Source of the DNA: Clostridium cadaveris
Lineage (GTDB): Bacteria; Bacillota; Clostridia; Clostridiales; Clostridiaceae
Assembly (NCBI RefSeq): GCF_039521325.1
Contig: NZ_BAAACD010000044.1
Direction: 5' to 3' (one strand)
DNA length: 32,000 nt
Part shown: positions 9,329 through 18,576 of the stretch, piece after piece
How positions within the stretch are numbered: the first letter of the stretch is position 1
Layout: the number at the start of each line of letters is the position of its first letter
Notes under the pieces: generated by a model
What the model was told of the DNA's origin: nothing
The model's input: the letters and a program-made list of their open reading frames with translations, nothing else
The model's database searches: none
Program-made: the position numbers and the translations under genes

Positions 9329-11269
9329 ATGTGCGATAAAAAAAAGTACTATATAACAACACCTATTTACTACCCATCTGCAAAGCTTCACATAGGAAAT
9401 ACTTATACTACAGTAGCAGCAGATGCTCTTGCAAGATTCAAGAGATTAACTGGATACGATGTAATGTTCTTAACTGGAACTGATGAGCATGGTCAAAAAA
9501 TTCAAAGAATAGCTGAGGAAAATAACGTTACTCCAAAGGAGTATGTTGATGAAATCGTAGCTGGAATAAAGGATTTATGGAAGCTTATGAATATAAGCTA
9601 TGATAAGTTCATAAGAACAACTGATGACTATCACGTAAACGCTGTTCAAGACATCTTCAAGAAACTATATGATCAAGGAGATATCTATAAGAGCTCTTAT
9701 GAAGGATGGTATTGCACTCCATGTGAATCCTTCTGGACAGAAACTCAGCTTGTAAATGGAAACTGTCCTGACTGTGGAAGACCAGTTGAAAAGGCAAAAG
9801 AAGAAGCTTATTTCTTTAAGATGAGCAAATATGCTGATAGATTGATTGAGTATATAGAAACTCATCCGGATTTTATTCAGCCAGAGTCTAGAAAAAATGA
9901 AATGTTAAATAATTTCTTAAAACCAGGATTACAAGATTTATGTGTATCTAGAACATCATTTGACTGGGGAATTCCTGTTGAGTTTGATAAAGACCATGTA
10001 GTTTACGTTTGGATAGATGCATTATCAAACTATATAACTGCATTAGGTTATGGTTCAGGTAATACAGAACTTTATGACAAGTACTGGCCAGCAGACGTTC
10101 ATTTAATAGGAAAAGATATATTAAGATTCCATACTATATATTGGCCAATCATGCTTATGGCTTTAGGCTTAGAGCTTCCAAAACAGGTATTTGGACACGG
10201 ATGGCTTTTAGTTGATGGAGGAAAGATGTCAAAATCTAAGGGTAATGTAGTAGATCCAGTAATTTTAGCTGAACACTTTGGCGTTGATGCTATAAGATAC
10301 TATCTTCTAAGAGAAATACCTTTTGGTGCTGATGGGTTATTTAACAACGAAACTTTCATTAAGAAGATAAACTCAGACCTTGCAAATGATCTTGGAAACC
10401 TTCTTTCAAGAACAGTAGCAATGGTTGAAAAGTATTTTGATGGAACTATTCAGGCTCCAACTACAAAAGAAGCTATAGATGATGAACTTATATCACTAGC
10501 ATTAAAGACTCCTAAGCTAGTTGAAAAATCTATAGATGACCTAAAGATTCCAGATGCTTTAGGACACATTTGGAATCTTATAGGAAGAGCAAACAAATAT
10601 ATAGATGAGACAACTCCTTGGATACTTGCAAAAGATGAAGAGAAGAAGGAAAGACTAGGAACAGTTCTATACAACTTAATAGAAACTTTAAGATTTGTAG
10701 CAGTGCTTGTAGGACCATTCCTTCCAGATACAGCTTCAGCTATAGAAAAACAAATAAACAGCGATGTTTTATCTTGGAACAGCTTAAGTGCATTTGATGG
10801 AACTTCAGCAGGAACAAAAGTTATTAAGGGTTCTGCAATATTTCCAAGAATAGATGTAGAAGCTAAGCTTAAAGAATTCGAGGAACTAAAGGCAGCAAAG
10901 GCTAAAGAAGAGGAAAAGAGAGAAATCATCCCTATAAAAGAAGAGATAACAATAGATGATTTTGACAAGATAGACCTTAGAGTTGTTAAAGTTTTAGAGT
11001 GCGAGCCAGTACCAAAGGCTAAGAAGCTTTTAAAACTTAAAGTTGATTTAGGCGGAGAGGAAAGACAAGTAATTTCAGGAATAGCTCAGTTCTATAAACC
11101 TGAAGAATTAGTTGGGAAGTATGTTGTACTTGTAGCAAATCTTAAGCCTGTAAAATTAAGAGGAGAATTATCACAAGGAATGATACTTGCAGCATCTACT
11201 GATGATGATTCTAAATTATTTACAGTAAGCATACCAGGAGAACTTCCAACAGGAAGCCAAGTAAGATAA
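9329..11269 (+). CDS. metG: Methionyl-tRNA synthetase with C-terminal tRNA-binding (Trbp111/EMAP-like) domain
   Basis: The HIGN motif (AKLHIGNTYT), the KMSKS motif and zinc-knuckle cysteines (CTPCESF...CPDCG) are all present. Confidence 0.95.
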   Translation: MCDKKKYYITTPIYYPSAKLHIGNTYTTVAADALARFKRLTGYDVMFLTGTDEHGQKIQRIAEENNVTPKEYVDEIVAGIKDLWKLMNISYDKFIRTTDDYHVNAVQDIFKKLYDQGDIYKSSYEGWYCTPCESFWTETQLVNGNCPDCGRPVEKAKEEAYFFKMSKYADRLIEYIETHPDFIQPESRKNEMLNNFLKPGLQDLCVSRTSFDWGIPVEFDKDHVVYVWIDALSNYITALGYGSGNTELYDKYWPADVHLIGKDILRFHTIYWPIMLMALGLELPKQVFGHGWLLVDGGKMSKSKGNVVDPVILAEHFGVDAIRYYLLREIPFGADGLFNNETFIKKINSDLANDLGNLLSRTVAMVEKYFDGTIQAPTTKEAIDDELISLALKTPKLVEKSIDDLKIPDALGHIWNLIGRANKYIDETTPWILAKDEEKKERLGTVLYNLIETLRFVAVLVGPFLPDTASAIEKQINSDVLSWNSLSAFDGTSAGTKVIKGSAIFPRIDVEAKLKEFEELKAAKAKEEEKREIIPIKEEITIDDFDKIDLRVVKVLECEPVPKAKKLLKLKVDLGGEERQVISGIAQFYKPEELVGKYVVLVANLKPVKLRGELSQGMILAASTDDDSKLFTVSIPGELPTGSQVR

Positions 11270-11276
11270 ATGATTA

Positions 11277-11312
11277 GAGAGACTGCCATATTTTATGGCA
11301 GCCTCTTTTTTA
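11277..11312 (+). terminator. Intrinsic terminator after metG
   Basis: The hairpin is GAGACTGCCA-7 nt-TGGCAGCCTC followed by TTTTTT. Confidence 0.75.
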
Positions 11313-11399
11313 AAATTTAATTTCTTTTGTATATAGGTATGTATTATAATAATAATTATGTGAATTGAGAGACTATAGAAGAAGGTGGAATAAAATATT

Positions 11400-12899
11400 A
11401 TGAAATATGTTGTTGGAGCGATAATAGGAGCAGTAATAGGTTATTTAACTAATTGGCTGGCCATAAAAATGCTTTTTAGACCTCATGAGGAGAAAAGAAT
11501 ATTTGGTATAAAGGTGCCATTTACTCCTGGGCTTATACCAAAGGAGCAAAAGAGAATAGCAGCCAGTGTAGGAAGTGCAGTAGGAGAATATCTTCTTACA
11601 GAAGAAACTATAATTAATAATTTGAGAAGCGATAAGGTTCAAGAACACATAAGAACATCACTAAAAAGAAAAGTAAATGATATATGTGAGAGTAAAAGAA
11701 CTATCGGTGATAGTTTTTCATTTATTTTAAAGGACAATTATGAGAAAGTTGCAGAATTCATAAAGGGTAAGATAGTAGCTAATGTAGAGAAAGAATTACA
11801 TAAACCAGAAATTCAAAATAAAATTTTAGAAGTTTCAGAAGAACAGGTTAAAAGATTTTTAGAAAAGAATCCAAAAGAACTTGAGGAAAAACTTGATATA
11901 AATATTACAGATATTATTAGAGATAAGGCAATGGAGCTACTGAAAGTAGAGGATACGAAATCTAAGCTTCAAGAAAAAGTTGCAACAGCATTACAACAGC
12001 TTGAAGCAGAAAATATAACCTTAAGGCAGCTTTGTTCGGAAGAGATTATAAGTTATGCAAAGATGTATGCTTCTAATAACAAGGAGAAGATATCATCATA
12101 CATACAGGAAGTTTTAAAAGAGCCTTGGGCACAAGAAAAATTAAGATCTGCAGTAAATGATGCCATAGGAAGTAATGTAAATCCATTGGTAGCAATGTTT
12201 ATCAACAGCGAAACAATTTTTTACAAAGTTACGGGATTTCTTGACTCATATCTTCAAGATGAAGAGAAGCAGGATGATATAGTTATAATCCTTGAAAAAG
12301 TTATAGATCATATAGGAGATATGACAATATCAGAAATCTTAAATGGAGAAGAGGGTATATCTAAAGTAAGCAGAAGTTTATCAAGAATTATTGAGAATGA
12401 TACTATAATATCAATGATAGTTGATGGAATAAGCGAATTTATAGATAAAGATAAATCTTTTGATGAAATTATCAATGAAATAAACTCTGATTACTATTCT
12501 AAGGTAAGGAAACTCATAAATGAAAAAATAACTAATATTCTTTATAGTTGCGATACTATTAACATGATATCTAATGCTATAAATAAAATAGCGAATAATA
12601 TTTTAAATTTAAGGCTTAAGGATATACTAGCATCAAAAAAGGAATATATAGAATCTTCAGCAGTAGATGTGTGCCAAGAATTTATAAATGAATTTATACA
12701 TAATGAAGGGAAAAATATCATAGAAATACTTGATGTTTCAAGTATAGTTGAGGAAGAGATAAATAAATTTCCAGTAGATATGGGAGAGAAGATTATAATT
12801 GGGATTGCAAGAAAAGAACTAAGTGCCATAACTTGGCTTGGAGGCTTACTTGGAGGTCTTATAGGAATACTTTCTCCTGTAATATCAACTCTTCTATAA
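11400..12899 (+). CDS. DUF445 / UPF0754 family membrane protein (YheB-like), long form
   Basis: The N-terminus has GYLTNWLAIKMLFRPHEEK...PFTPGLIPKEQKRIA, and there is a C-terminal transmembrane segment with GGLLGGLIG. Confidence 0.8.
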   Translation: MKYVVGAIIGAVIGYLTNWLAIKMLFRPHEEKRIFGIKVPFTPGLIPKEQKRIAASVGSAVGEYLLTEETIINNLRSDKVQEHIRTSLKRKVNDICESKRTIGDSFSFILKDNYEKVAEFIKGKIVANVEKELHKPEIQNKILEVSEEQVKRFLEKNPKELEEKLDINITDIIRDKAMELLKVEDTKSKLQEKVATALQQLEAENITLRQLCSEEIISYAKMYASNNKEKISSYIQEVLKEPWAQEKLRSAVNDAIGSNVNPLVAMFINSETIFYKVTGFLDSYLQDEEKQDDIVIILEKVIDHIGDMTISEILNGEEGISKVSRSLSRIIENDTIISMIVDGISEFIDKDKSFDEIINEINSDYYSKVRKLINEKITNILYSCDTINMISNAINKIANNILNLRLKDILASKKEYIESSAVDVCQEFINEFIHNEGKNIIEILDVSSIVEEEINKFPVDMGEKIIIGIARKELSAITWLGGLLGGLIGILSPVISTLL

Positions 12900-12904
12900 A
12901 GACA

Positions 12905-12940
12905 ACTGCCACTTTAAGATTTACTACTTAAAGTGGCAGT
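12905..12940. terminator. Shared hairpin between the convergent DUF445 gene and csp (14-bp stem)
   Basis: The hairpin is ACTGCCACTTTAAG-8 nt-CTTAAAGTGGCAGT. The T-tracts are weak on both sides. Confidence 0.6.
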
Positions 12941-13010
12941 ATGCTTTTGAATTCAACTATTATAATTTATATCAGACATATAATAATTTTAGTGTCTACA
13001 AGAAAAGAGA

Positions 13011-13220
13011 CTATTCATTGCTGCCTTCAATAATTACATTAACAGCTTGCTCGCCTCTATCATTTTCAGTTAAATCAAAAGTAACAGCAGTACCTTCTTC
13101 TAAAGTTTTAAAGCCAGATCCCATTACTCCACTGTAATGAACGAAAACATCCTTTCCATCTTCTGTGGTTATGAAACCATAGCCTTTTTGATTGTTAAAC
13201 CATTTTACGGTACCTTTCAT
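13011..13220 (-). CDS. Cold-shock protein (CspA family)
   Basis: The protein reads [17 protein letters not shown]...VFVHYS, containing the RNP1 and RNP2 motifs. It is 69 aa. Confidence 0.93.
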   Translation of the reverse strand: MKGTVKWFNNQKGYGFITTEDGKDVFVHYSGVMGSGFKTLEEGTAVTFDLTENDRGEQAVNVIIEGSNE

Positions 13221-13424
13221 ACAAAAAACCTCCTATTACAAATATAACAGTGCATTACCACTATTTATTATTTTCTCATAAAATAATAAATATATGCATA
13301 GATATACAGTGAAGTTGTAAAAATTTATTTTATATGATATATAATAGTTATGCCACAGGTTTAAAAGTATAAAATTTGGTAAATAATTTAAGATAGCAAA
13401 GATTGCTTAAGGAGAGATTATATT

Positions 13425-14195
13425 ATGAGTTTACATATATTTGATTCCCATGCTCACTATGATGATGAGGCTTTTGATGAGGATAGAGAGCTTGTAATAG
13501 GAGATATACATGAAAAAGGTGTAATAGGAGTTTTAAATTGTGGAGCTTCTTTAGAAGGGGCGAGGGAGTCTGTAAAACTTTCAGAGAAACATGACTTTAT
13601 ATATGCTGCAGTTGGTGTACATCCATCTTATGCAGATGTTGTGGATTCCAAAGTTATAGATGAGCTAGAAGAACTTACTAAATACCAAAAGGTTAGAGCT
13701 ATTGGAGAAATAGGTTTGGATTACTATTGGGAAGAAAATCCATCAAGAGATGTACAGAAAGAGGCATTCAGAGCACAGATGAAGTTGGCTGAAAAGCTTA
13801 ATATGCCAGTGATAATTCATGACAGAGATGCTCATGCTGATACTTTAGAGATACTAAAGGAATTTCCAAATGTAATAGGAGTCATACACTGCTTTTCAGG
13901 AAGCGTTGAGTTTGCTAGAGAGTGTTTGAAGTTAGGATATTATATAGGATTTACAGGAGTTGTTACCTTCAAGAATGCTAAAAAGATAATTGAGGTGGCA
14001 AAGGAAGTACCATTAGATAGAATATTGGTAGAGACTGATTGCCCTTATATGGCACCTACTCCATATAGAGGAAAGAGAAATCAATCCTCATACATAATAC
14101 ATATACTGGAAAAAATAGCGAAAATAAAAGATATTTCCATAGAAACTTTAAATAATCACACTATTTCTAACGTAAAAAACTTGCTTAAAATATAA
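13425..14195 (+). CDS. tatD: TatD family metal-dependent hydrolase/DNase (YabD-like)
   Basis: FDSHAHYDD, GEIGLDYYW, IHDRDAH and ETDCPYM motifs are present. Confidence 0.9.
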   Translation: MSLHIFDSHAHYDDEAFDEDRELVIGDIHEKGVIGVLNCGASLEGARESVKLSEKHDFIYAAVGVHPSYADVVDSKVIDELEELTKYQKVRAIGEIGLDYYWEENPSRDVQKEAFRAQMKLAEKLNMPVIIHDRDAHADTLEILKEFPNVIGVIHCFSGSVEFARECLKLGYYIGFTGVVTFKNAKKIIEVAKEVPLDRILVETDCPYMAPTPYRGKRNQSSYIIHILEKIAKIKDISIETLNNHTISNVKNLLKI

Positions 14196-14406
14196 AAATA
14201 CTATAAAATAAGTACATAGGTTACAAAAAGATTAAATAAAGATTACTTAATTATTAAGAAAATCAGCACAAAAGAGTAACCTACATAAATAGGATATTTG
14301 TATACAATCCTCTGACCATATGAAAAACCGCAATCATAATATATTTTTATTAGTTATATGCTGATGCAAGCATTTTTGCACTAGTAGTCAAAAAATGCAA
14401 AGAAAT

Positions 14407-14436
14407 TTGACAAGCTTTAAAAGTGCAAGTTATAAT
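14407..14436 (+). promoter_or_regulatory. Sigma-A-like promoter upstream of the yabE-like gene (TTGACA-18-TATAAT)
   Basis: Both consensus hexamers are read directly, 35 nt upstream of the ATG. Confidence 0.6.
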
Positions 14437-14471
14437 AACTCATATGCAATTGCCAGAGGGAGGTAAAATTT

Positions 14472-15488
14472 ATGCTTGAAAAGTTAAAGAAAAATGTATT
14501 TAACTACTTTTCAAACGGTCCAAAGGCGGCATTCCTATTAACATTAGTAGTAATAGCTTTGCTTACTACTATATATTCCATGAGGAAAACTCTTGTGGTA
14601 GTTATAGATGGAAAAGAAAACAATGTAATAACTTACAAAAGGACCGTACAAGGGGCTCTAAGTGATAACAGTATTGTCTTAGGAGAAAAAGACAAGATTG
14701 AGCCTAGCTTGGACAGCCAAATAGGGAAAAATGACGTAATAAATATAAAAAGGGCCGTTAATGTGGCTGTAGCAGTTGACGATAAAGTTCTTAATGTTCT
14801 AACAGCTGAGGATTCAGTTGAGTCAATGCTAGAAGCTGAGGGAATAACATTCGAAGAAGATGATAAGATATTACCTTCAAGAGAAACAGCGATAAATGAT
14901 GGTCTGCAAGTAAATGTGGTAAGAGTAGAAACCAAAACATTCACAGAAACTGAAGATATAGACTTTACTACTGTAGTAAAGAAAGATGACAACCTAACTC
15001 AAAGCACAAAGAAGGTTGTTCAAGAAGGACAAAAGGGACAAAAGACTATTACTACAAAAGTTGTTTATGAAGATGGGAAAGAAGTATCTAAAAAGGTAGT
15101 TAGTGAAGTTGTAGATAGGGAACCAGTTCAAAAAGTTGTACTCCAAGGTACTTTAGGAGTTTTAAACCTATCAAGAGGTGGGGAGGTTCCATATAGCAAA
15201 TCCTTAAAAGTTAGAGCAACCGCTTATTCTAATAATGGCGGAGATGGAAATGGATATACAGCTTCGGGTAGAAAGACATTAAGAGATCCAAGTGGATACA
15301 GCACTATAGCTGTTGATCCAAGGATCATTCCCCTAGGAACTAGACTTTATGTAGAAGGCTATGGATATGCTATAGCAGCTGATACTGGAGGAGCAATAAA
15401 AGGTAATACGATAGATGTATTTTTTAACAGCTCTAGTGAAGTTTATAATTGGGGAGTTAAATATGTTAATATTTACGTATTAAAGTAA
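14472..15488 (+). CDS. yabE: YabE-like cell-wall protein: N-terminal membrane anchor, DUF348 repeats, G5 domain, C-terminal 3D domain
   Basis: The N-terminal transmembrane segment is AAFLLTLVVIALLTTIY. A G5-like VQEGQKGQKTITTKVVYEDGKEV is present. The 3D domain reads ATAYS...GYTASG...IAVDPRIIPLGTRLYVEGYGYAIAADTGGAIKGNTIDVFF. The gene sits in tatD-yabE-rnmV-rsmA synteny. Confidence 0.85.
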   Translation: MLEKLKKNVFNYFSNGPKAAFLLTLVVIALLTTIYSMRKTLVVVIDGKENNVITYKRTVQGALSDNSIVLGEKDKIEPSLDSQIGKNDVINIKRAVNVAVAVDDKVLNVLTAEDSVESMLEAEGITFEEDDKILPSRETAINDGLQVNVVRVETKTFTETEDIDFTTVVKKDDNLTQSTKKVVQEGQKGQKTITTKVVYEDGKEVSKKVVSEVVDREPVQKVVLQGTLGVLNLSRGGEVPYSKSLKVRATAYSNNGGDGNGYTASGRKTLRDPSGYSTIAVDPRIIPLGTRLYVEGYGYAIAADTGGAIKGNTIDVFFNSSSEVYNWGVKYVNIYVLK

Positions 15489-15490
15489 AG

Positions 15491-15518
15491 AAAAAGGAGA
15501 GGTTTCTCCTTTTTTTTC
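15491..15518 (+). terminator. Intrinsic terminator after the yabE-like gene
   Basis: The hairpin is AAGGAGA-ggtt-TCTCCTT followed by a T-run. Confidence 0.65.
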
Positions 15519-15622
15519 TGCCTGTTTTTATATAGTAAAAATAAGCTGGGTAGACTAAGAGAAGAATGTGTATTATTATAGTATAAGAACATTTTTAAAG
15601 AAAATGGAAAGGAAGTAGAACT

Positions 15623-16168
15623 TTGATTAAAGAAGTGATAGTTGTTGAAGGAAGAGACGATATAACAGCAGTAAAAAGAGCAGTAGAAGCTGAAATGATA
15701 GCAGTAGGCGGATTTGGAATAAATGAAAAAGTAATAAAGAGAATAAAAGAAGCGCAAAATAGACAGGGGGTAATCGTATTTACAGATCCTGATTTTGCGG
15801 GAGAAAAGATAAGAAGAATAATATCTAAGAGAGTCCAAGGAATAAAGCATGCATATATAACTCAAAGTGAGGGTAGAAAAGATGACGATATAGGAGTTGA
15901 AAATGCATCACCTGAAGCTATATTGAGAGCGCTCAAAAATGCAAAGTGCAGCGAAAAGCAAAGGGTAGATACTTTTACAATACAGGATATGATGATGTGT
16001 AGACTTACTATGGATGAAAGAGCTGCAGAGAGAAGAGACTTTTTAGGAAGAGAGCTTGGAATAGGATATTGTAATGCATCGCAGTTTTTATCTAGATTAA
16101 ATAACTATGGAATAACAGAAGAAGAGTTTATAAAAGCTGTAGAAAAGATGAATAAGGAAATAGTATAG
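15623..16168 (+). CDS. rnmV: Ribonuclease M5 (TOPRIM domain), TTG start
   Basis: The protein reads [20 protein letters not shown]...[13 protein letters not shown]. It sits in conserved position before rsmA. Confidence 0.9.
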   Translation: MIKEVIVVEGRDDITAVKRAVEAEMIAVGGFGINEKVIKRIKEAQNRQGVIVFTDPDFAGEKIRRIISKRVQGIKHAYITQSEGRKDDDIGVENASPEAILRALKNAKCSEKQRVDTFTIQDMMMCRLTMDERAAERRDFLGRELGIGYCNASQFLSRLNNYGITEEEFIKAVEKMNKEIV

Positions 16169-16178
16169 GAGAGAGAGT

Positions 16179-17024
16179 ATGAATACACCAACAACCAAGG
16201 AGTTAGTACAAAAATATAATTTTAAGTTTTCTAAAGCATTGGGACAGAATTTTTTAATAGATGATAAAGTTATTACAGATATAGTTGATGGAGCGGAAAT
16301 ATGTAAAGATGATTATGTTATAGAAATCGGTCCTGGAGTAGGTACATTGACAAGAGTTTTGCTGCCTAGAGCGAAGAAAGTAACATCCATAGAGTTAGAT
16401 AATGATTTAATACCTATACTTACAGAAGAACTTAAGGATTTTGATAATTTTGAGCTTATACATAAGGATGCTTTAAAAGTTGATATCAACGAGCTTATAG
16501 GTGAAGAAAAAAGTGTTAAGATGGCAGCGAATCTTCCTTATTATGTGACTACACCTATAATAACTAAAATGATAACATCAAATTATAACTTCAAATCTTT
16601 GACTATAATGATTCAAAAGGAGGTAGCTGAAAGAATAGATGCTGAACCTAATTGCAAGGAATATGGATCACTTTCTGTTTTAGTACAGTTTTATTGTGAT
16701 ACTAAAATAATAAGAAAAGTATCACCAGCTTCTTTTATACCAAGACCAAAAGTTGAGTCTATAGTAATACGATTAGATAAGTTAGCAGAACCAAGGATAA
16801 AAGTTAAGGATGAAAAGTTGTTTTTTACTGTTGTAAGAGATTCTTTCAACATGAGACGTAAAACTTTATGGAATGCCTTAAAGCCAATAGGACTTCCAAA
16901 AGAAAAGATGGAGAAAGCATTTGAAATAAGTGGGATAGATCAAAAGCGTAGAGGAGAGACTTTATCTATCGAAGAGTTTGGAAAATTGAGTGATGCGATA
17001 TATGATATGAGAAAAGCTGATTAA
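16179..17024 (+). CDS. rsmA: 16S rRNA (adenine1518/1519-N6)-dimethyltransferase
   Basis: [10 protein letters not shown], the SAM motif [12 protein letters not shown] and [11 protein letters not shown] are present. Confidence 0.94.
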   Translation: MNTPTTKELVQKYNFKFSKALGQNFLIDDKVITDIVDGAEICKDDYVIEIGPGVGTLTRVLLPRAKKVTSIELDNDLIPILTEELKDFDNFELIHKDALKVDINELIGEEKSVKMAANLPYYVTTPIITKMITSNYNFKSLTIMIQKEVAERIDAEPNCKEYGSLSVLVQFYCDTKIIRKVSPASFIPRPKVESIVIRLDKLAEPRIKVKDEKLFFTVVRDSFNMRRKTLWNALKPIGLPKEKMEKAFEISGIDQKRRGETLSIEEFGKLSDAIYDMRKAD

Positions 17025-17040
17025 ACATCGGCTTTTTTCT
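17013..17040 (+). terminator. Weak terminator overlapping the rsmA stop codon
   Basis: The hairpin is AGCTGAT-taaac-ATCGGCT (one G-U pair) followed by TTTTTT. Confidence 0.45.
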
Positions 17041-17110
17041 AATTTTAGTAAAGTTTTCCGTAAATCTACATATAATATAAATGAATAAATATAAAGTGGA
17101 GGGAAAACAG

Positions 17111-18508
17111 TTGGCAAATAAAAAGTCCTACAGTAGATACTTTATAATACTACAAGAGGATGAAAAAGGTCATTCTATATCCCCAGATAAGCAATCTTCT
17201 GGATATGCCAAAATTGAGATGAAGAATGATAAATGCAAGGTGTCCTTTTATGTTCAAAATATAAAAAGAGAAAAAATAAGTTGCTATATGTTTTTGATAG
17301 CAAACAAGAAGGATTGCAAAAAGATAGTCAATTTAGGGTTATTGAACATAGATGACAATGGTAGAGCAGATATAACCTATGAATGTACAGCAGATAATAT
17401 AGGAGATTCTAATATTTCTATGGATAAAATCGGAGGAGCAGCTATAGGCAAATTTATAGGTGGAAGACCTATATTTGTAATGAGTGGCTTTGCGTCAACG
17501 GAAATTCCAGATAAATGGAAAGAGTATACTATATTAGACTGCAAGAAAAAGGAAGTAAAGGAAGAAGTTAAAAAGGAAGAAGTTAAAGAAAAGAAGGCTG
17601 AAGAGAAAGAGGAAGTTAAAGAAGAAGTTATTGAAAAGAAGACTGAAGAGAAAAAAGAAATTATTGAAAAGAAGTATGAGGAGAAGAAAGAAGTTAAAGA
17701 AAAGAAGTCTGAGGAGATCAAGGAAAAGAAAGAAAATAAGTGTGACTCAGAAAATAAAGATAGAGCTGAAGATCCAGTAGAAGAGAAGAAAGAAGAAAAG
17801 GAAACAGTATCTAAAGAAGAAATTCTTGAGGCAGATGCTGGTGAGGAAAAATTAGTTAAAGAAGTAGAAGAAAACATCGTTGAAGAACAAGCTGAGAATG
17901 TTGTTGCTAAGATAGATAACCCTCCTATAGAAAGAGAAAAAACAGAAGAGAAAAATGAATTTGATGAGTATGAAAGAAGCATAGAGAAATCTAAACCAGA
18001 TTCTGAGAGAAAAGAAAATGAATCTAACAAAGAAAAGGTAAAGGAAATAAAGGAAGAAGCGGATACTAGCAAGGAGATTCCAAAGGATACAGCTGGCGAA
18101 TTTTTCAAGTCTATAATGGATGGATTTGAAGAAGTTAAGGGTGTATGTAGTGAAATTAAAAATTGCAGATGGTATAAGATACCTGTGAAAGACTTAGAAG
18201 CAATGTGTAATATTTCAAACTACAACAAATACACAGTAGTTTATTATCCAATGATCAATTATTATCCATATATAAAGAAATACGAATATTATATGATGGG
18301 ATTAAAGTGTGACAGCGAAGGAAATCTCAAATATTTAGCTTATGGACTACCTGGAACTAAGAACAAAGAAGAGCAGCCATATGGCGGAAGAACAGGTTTT
18401 GTTACTTGGGCACCTATCTCAGTAGATGAAATGCATGAAAGTCATATAGGATATTGGATAATGTTCTACGATTTTAAGAACTCAATAATAGTTGTACCTA
18501 TGAAATAA
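17111..18508 (+). CDS. Uncharacterised protein with two globular ends joined by a long E/K-rich low-complexity linker
   Basis: This is a long ORF with coding-like ends. I prefer the TTG at 17111, which lies 7 nt after the GGAGGG RBS. The ORF-track ATG at 17081 is in frame but has no RBS. I recognise no family. The antisense ORF is a compositional mirror. Confidence 0.7.
   Translation: MANKKSYSRYFIILQEDEKGHSISPDKQSSGYAKIEMKNDKCKVSFYVQNIKREKISCYMFLIANKKDCKKIVNLGLLNIDDNGRADITYECTADNIGDSNISMDKIGGAAIGKFIGGRPIFVMSGFASTEIPDKWKEYTILDCKKKEVKEEVKKEEVKEKKAEEKEEVKEEVIEKKTEEKKEIIEKKYEEKKEVKEKKSEEIKEKKENKCDSENKDRAEDPVEEKKEEKETVSKEEILEADAGEEKLVKEVEENIVEEQAENVVAKIDNPPIEREKTEEKNEFDEYERSIEKSKPDSERKENESNKEKVKEIKEEADTSKEIPKDTAGEFFKSIMDGFEEVKGVCSEIKNCRWYKIPVKDLEAMCNISNYNKYTVVYYPMINYYPYIKKYEYYMMGLKCDSEGNLKYLAYGLPGTKNKEEQPYGGRTGFVTWAPISVDEMHESHIGYWIMFYDFKNSIIVVPMK
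17544..17745 (+). repeat. Degenerate in-frame tandem repeats (about 33 nt / 11 aa: EKKxEEKKEVx) inside the E/K-rich linker
   Basis: Three units, EKKTEEKKEII, EKKYEEKKEVK and EKKSEEIKEKK, plus flanking EEVK units are read from the translation and DNA. Confidence 0.7.
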
Positions 18509-18515
18509 AATTTAT

Positions 18516-18552
18516 TCCCTCTGAGATTGCAGGTCTTAGAGGGAGCTTTTAT
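18516..18552 (+). terminator. Intrinsic terminator after the E/K-rich protein gene
   Basis: The hairpin is CCCTCTGAG-9 nt-CTTAGAGGG followed by a T-rich tail. Confidence 0.55.
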
Positions 18553-18576
18553 ATAGTAATAATTAGGAGGTGTAAT

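Noticed and set aside
9338-9346. A8 homopolymer at codons 4-6 of metG as a possible slippage or phase-variation site
   Set aside because: It encodes ordinary Lys codons in an essential gene of an AT-rich genome. There is no alternative-frame product of any length.
10450-10968. 172-aa minus-strand ORF inside metG. Similar antisense or off-frame ORFs occur at 939-1154, 1653-1909, 2255-2497, 3725-3907, 5463-5777, 7119-7325, 8161-8376, 9665-9865, 11092-11289, 11445-11648, 12542-12829, 14633-14992, 15473-15865, 19745-19981, 20838-21176, 21321-21503, 24303-24491, 25665-25859, 26460-26702, 28022-28375 and 30350-30613.
   Set aside because: Each overlaps a confidently identified gene on the other strand or in another frame. 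Their composition is low-complexity or hydrophobic-junk, and none has a convincing RBS.
11272-11375. Direct repeat of GAGAGACT (11276-11283 and 11366-11373) flanking the metG terminator region
   Set aside because: It is only 8 nt long. The first copy is simply the left arm of the terminator stem. Chance recurrence is plausible given the number of intergenic comparisons made.
14196-14406. Possible c-di-AMP (ydaO-type) riboswitch upstream of the yabE-like gene
   Set aside because: The conserved G/C-rich ydaO pseudo-two-fold core elements are not present in this AT-rich stretch.
17377-18108. 243-aa minus-strand ORF antisense to the E/K-rich protein gene
   Set aside because: Its S/F/L-rich low-complexity translation is the compositional mirror of GAA/AAG repeats. 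It has no RBS and lies wholly inside a better sense-strand gene.
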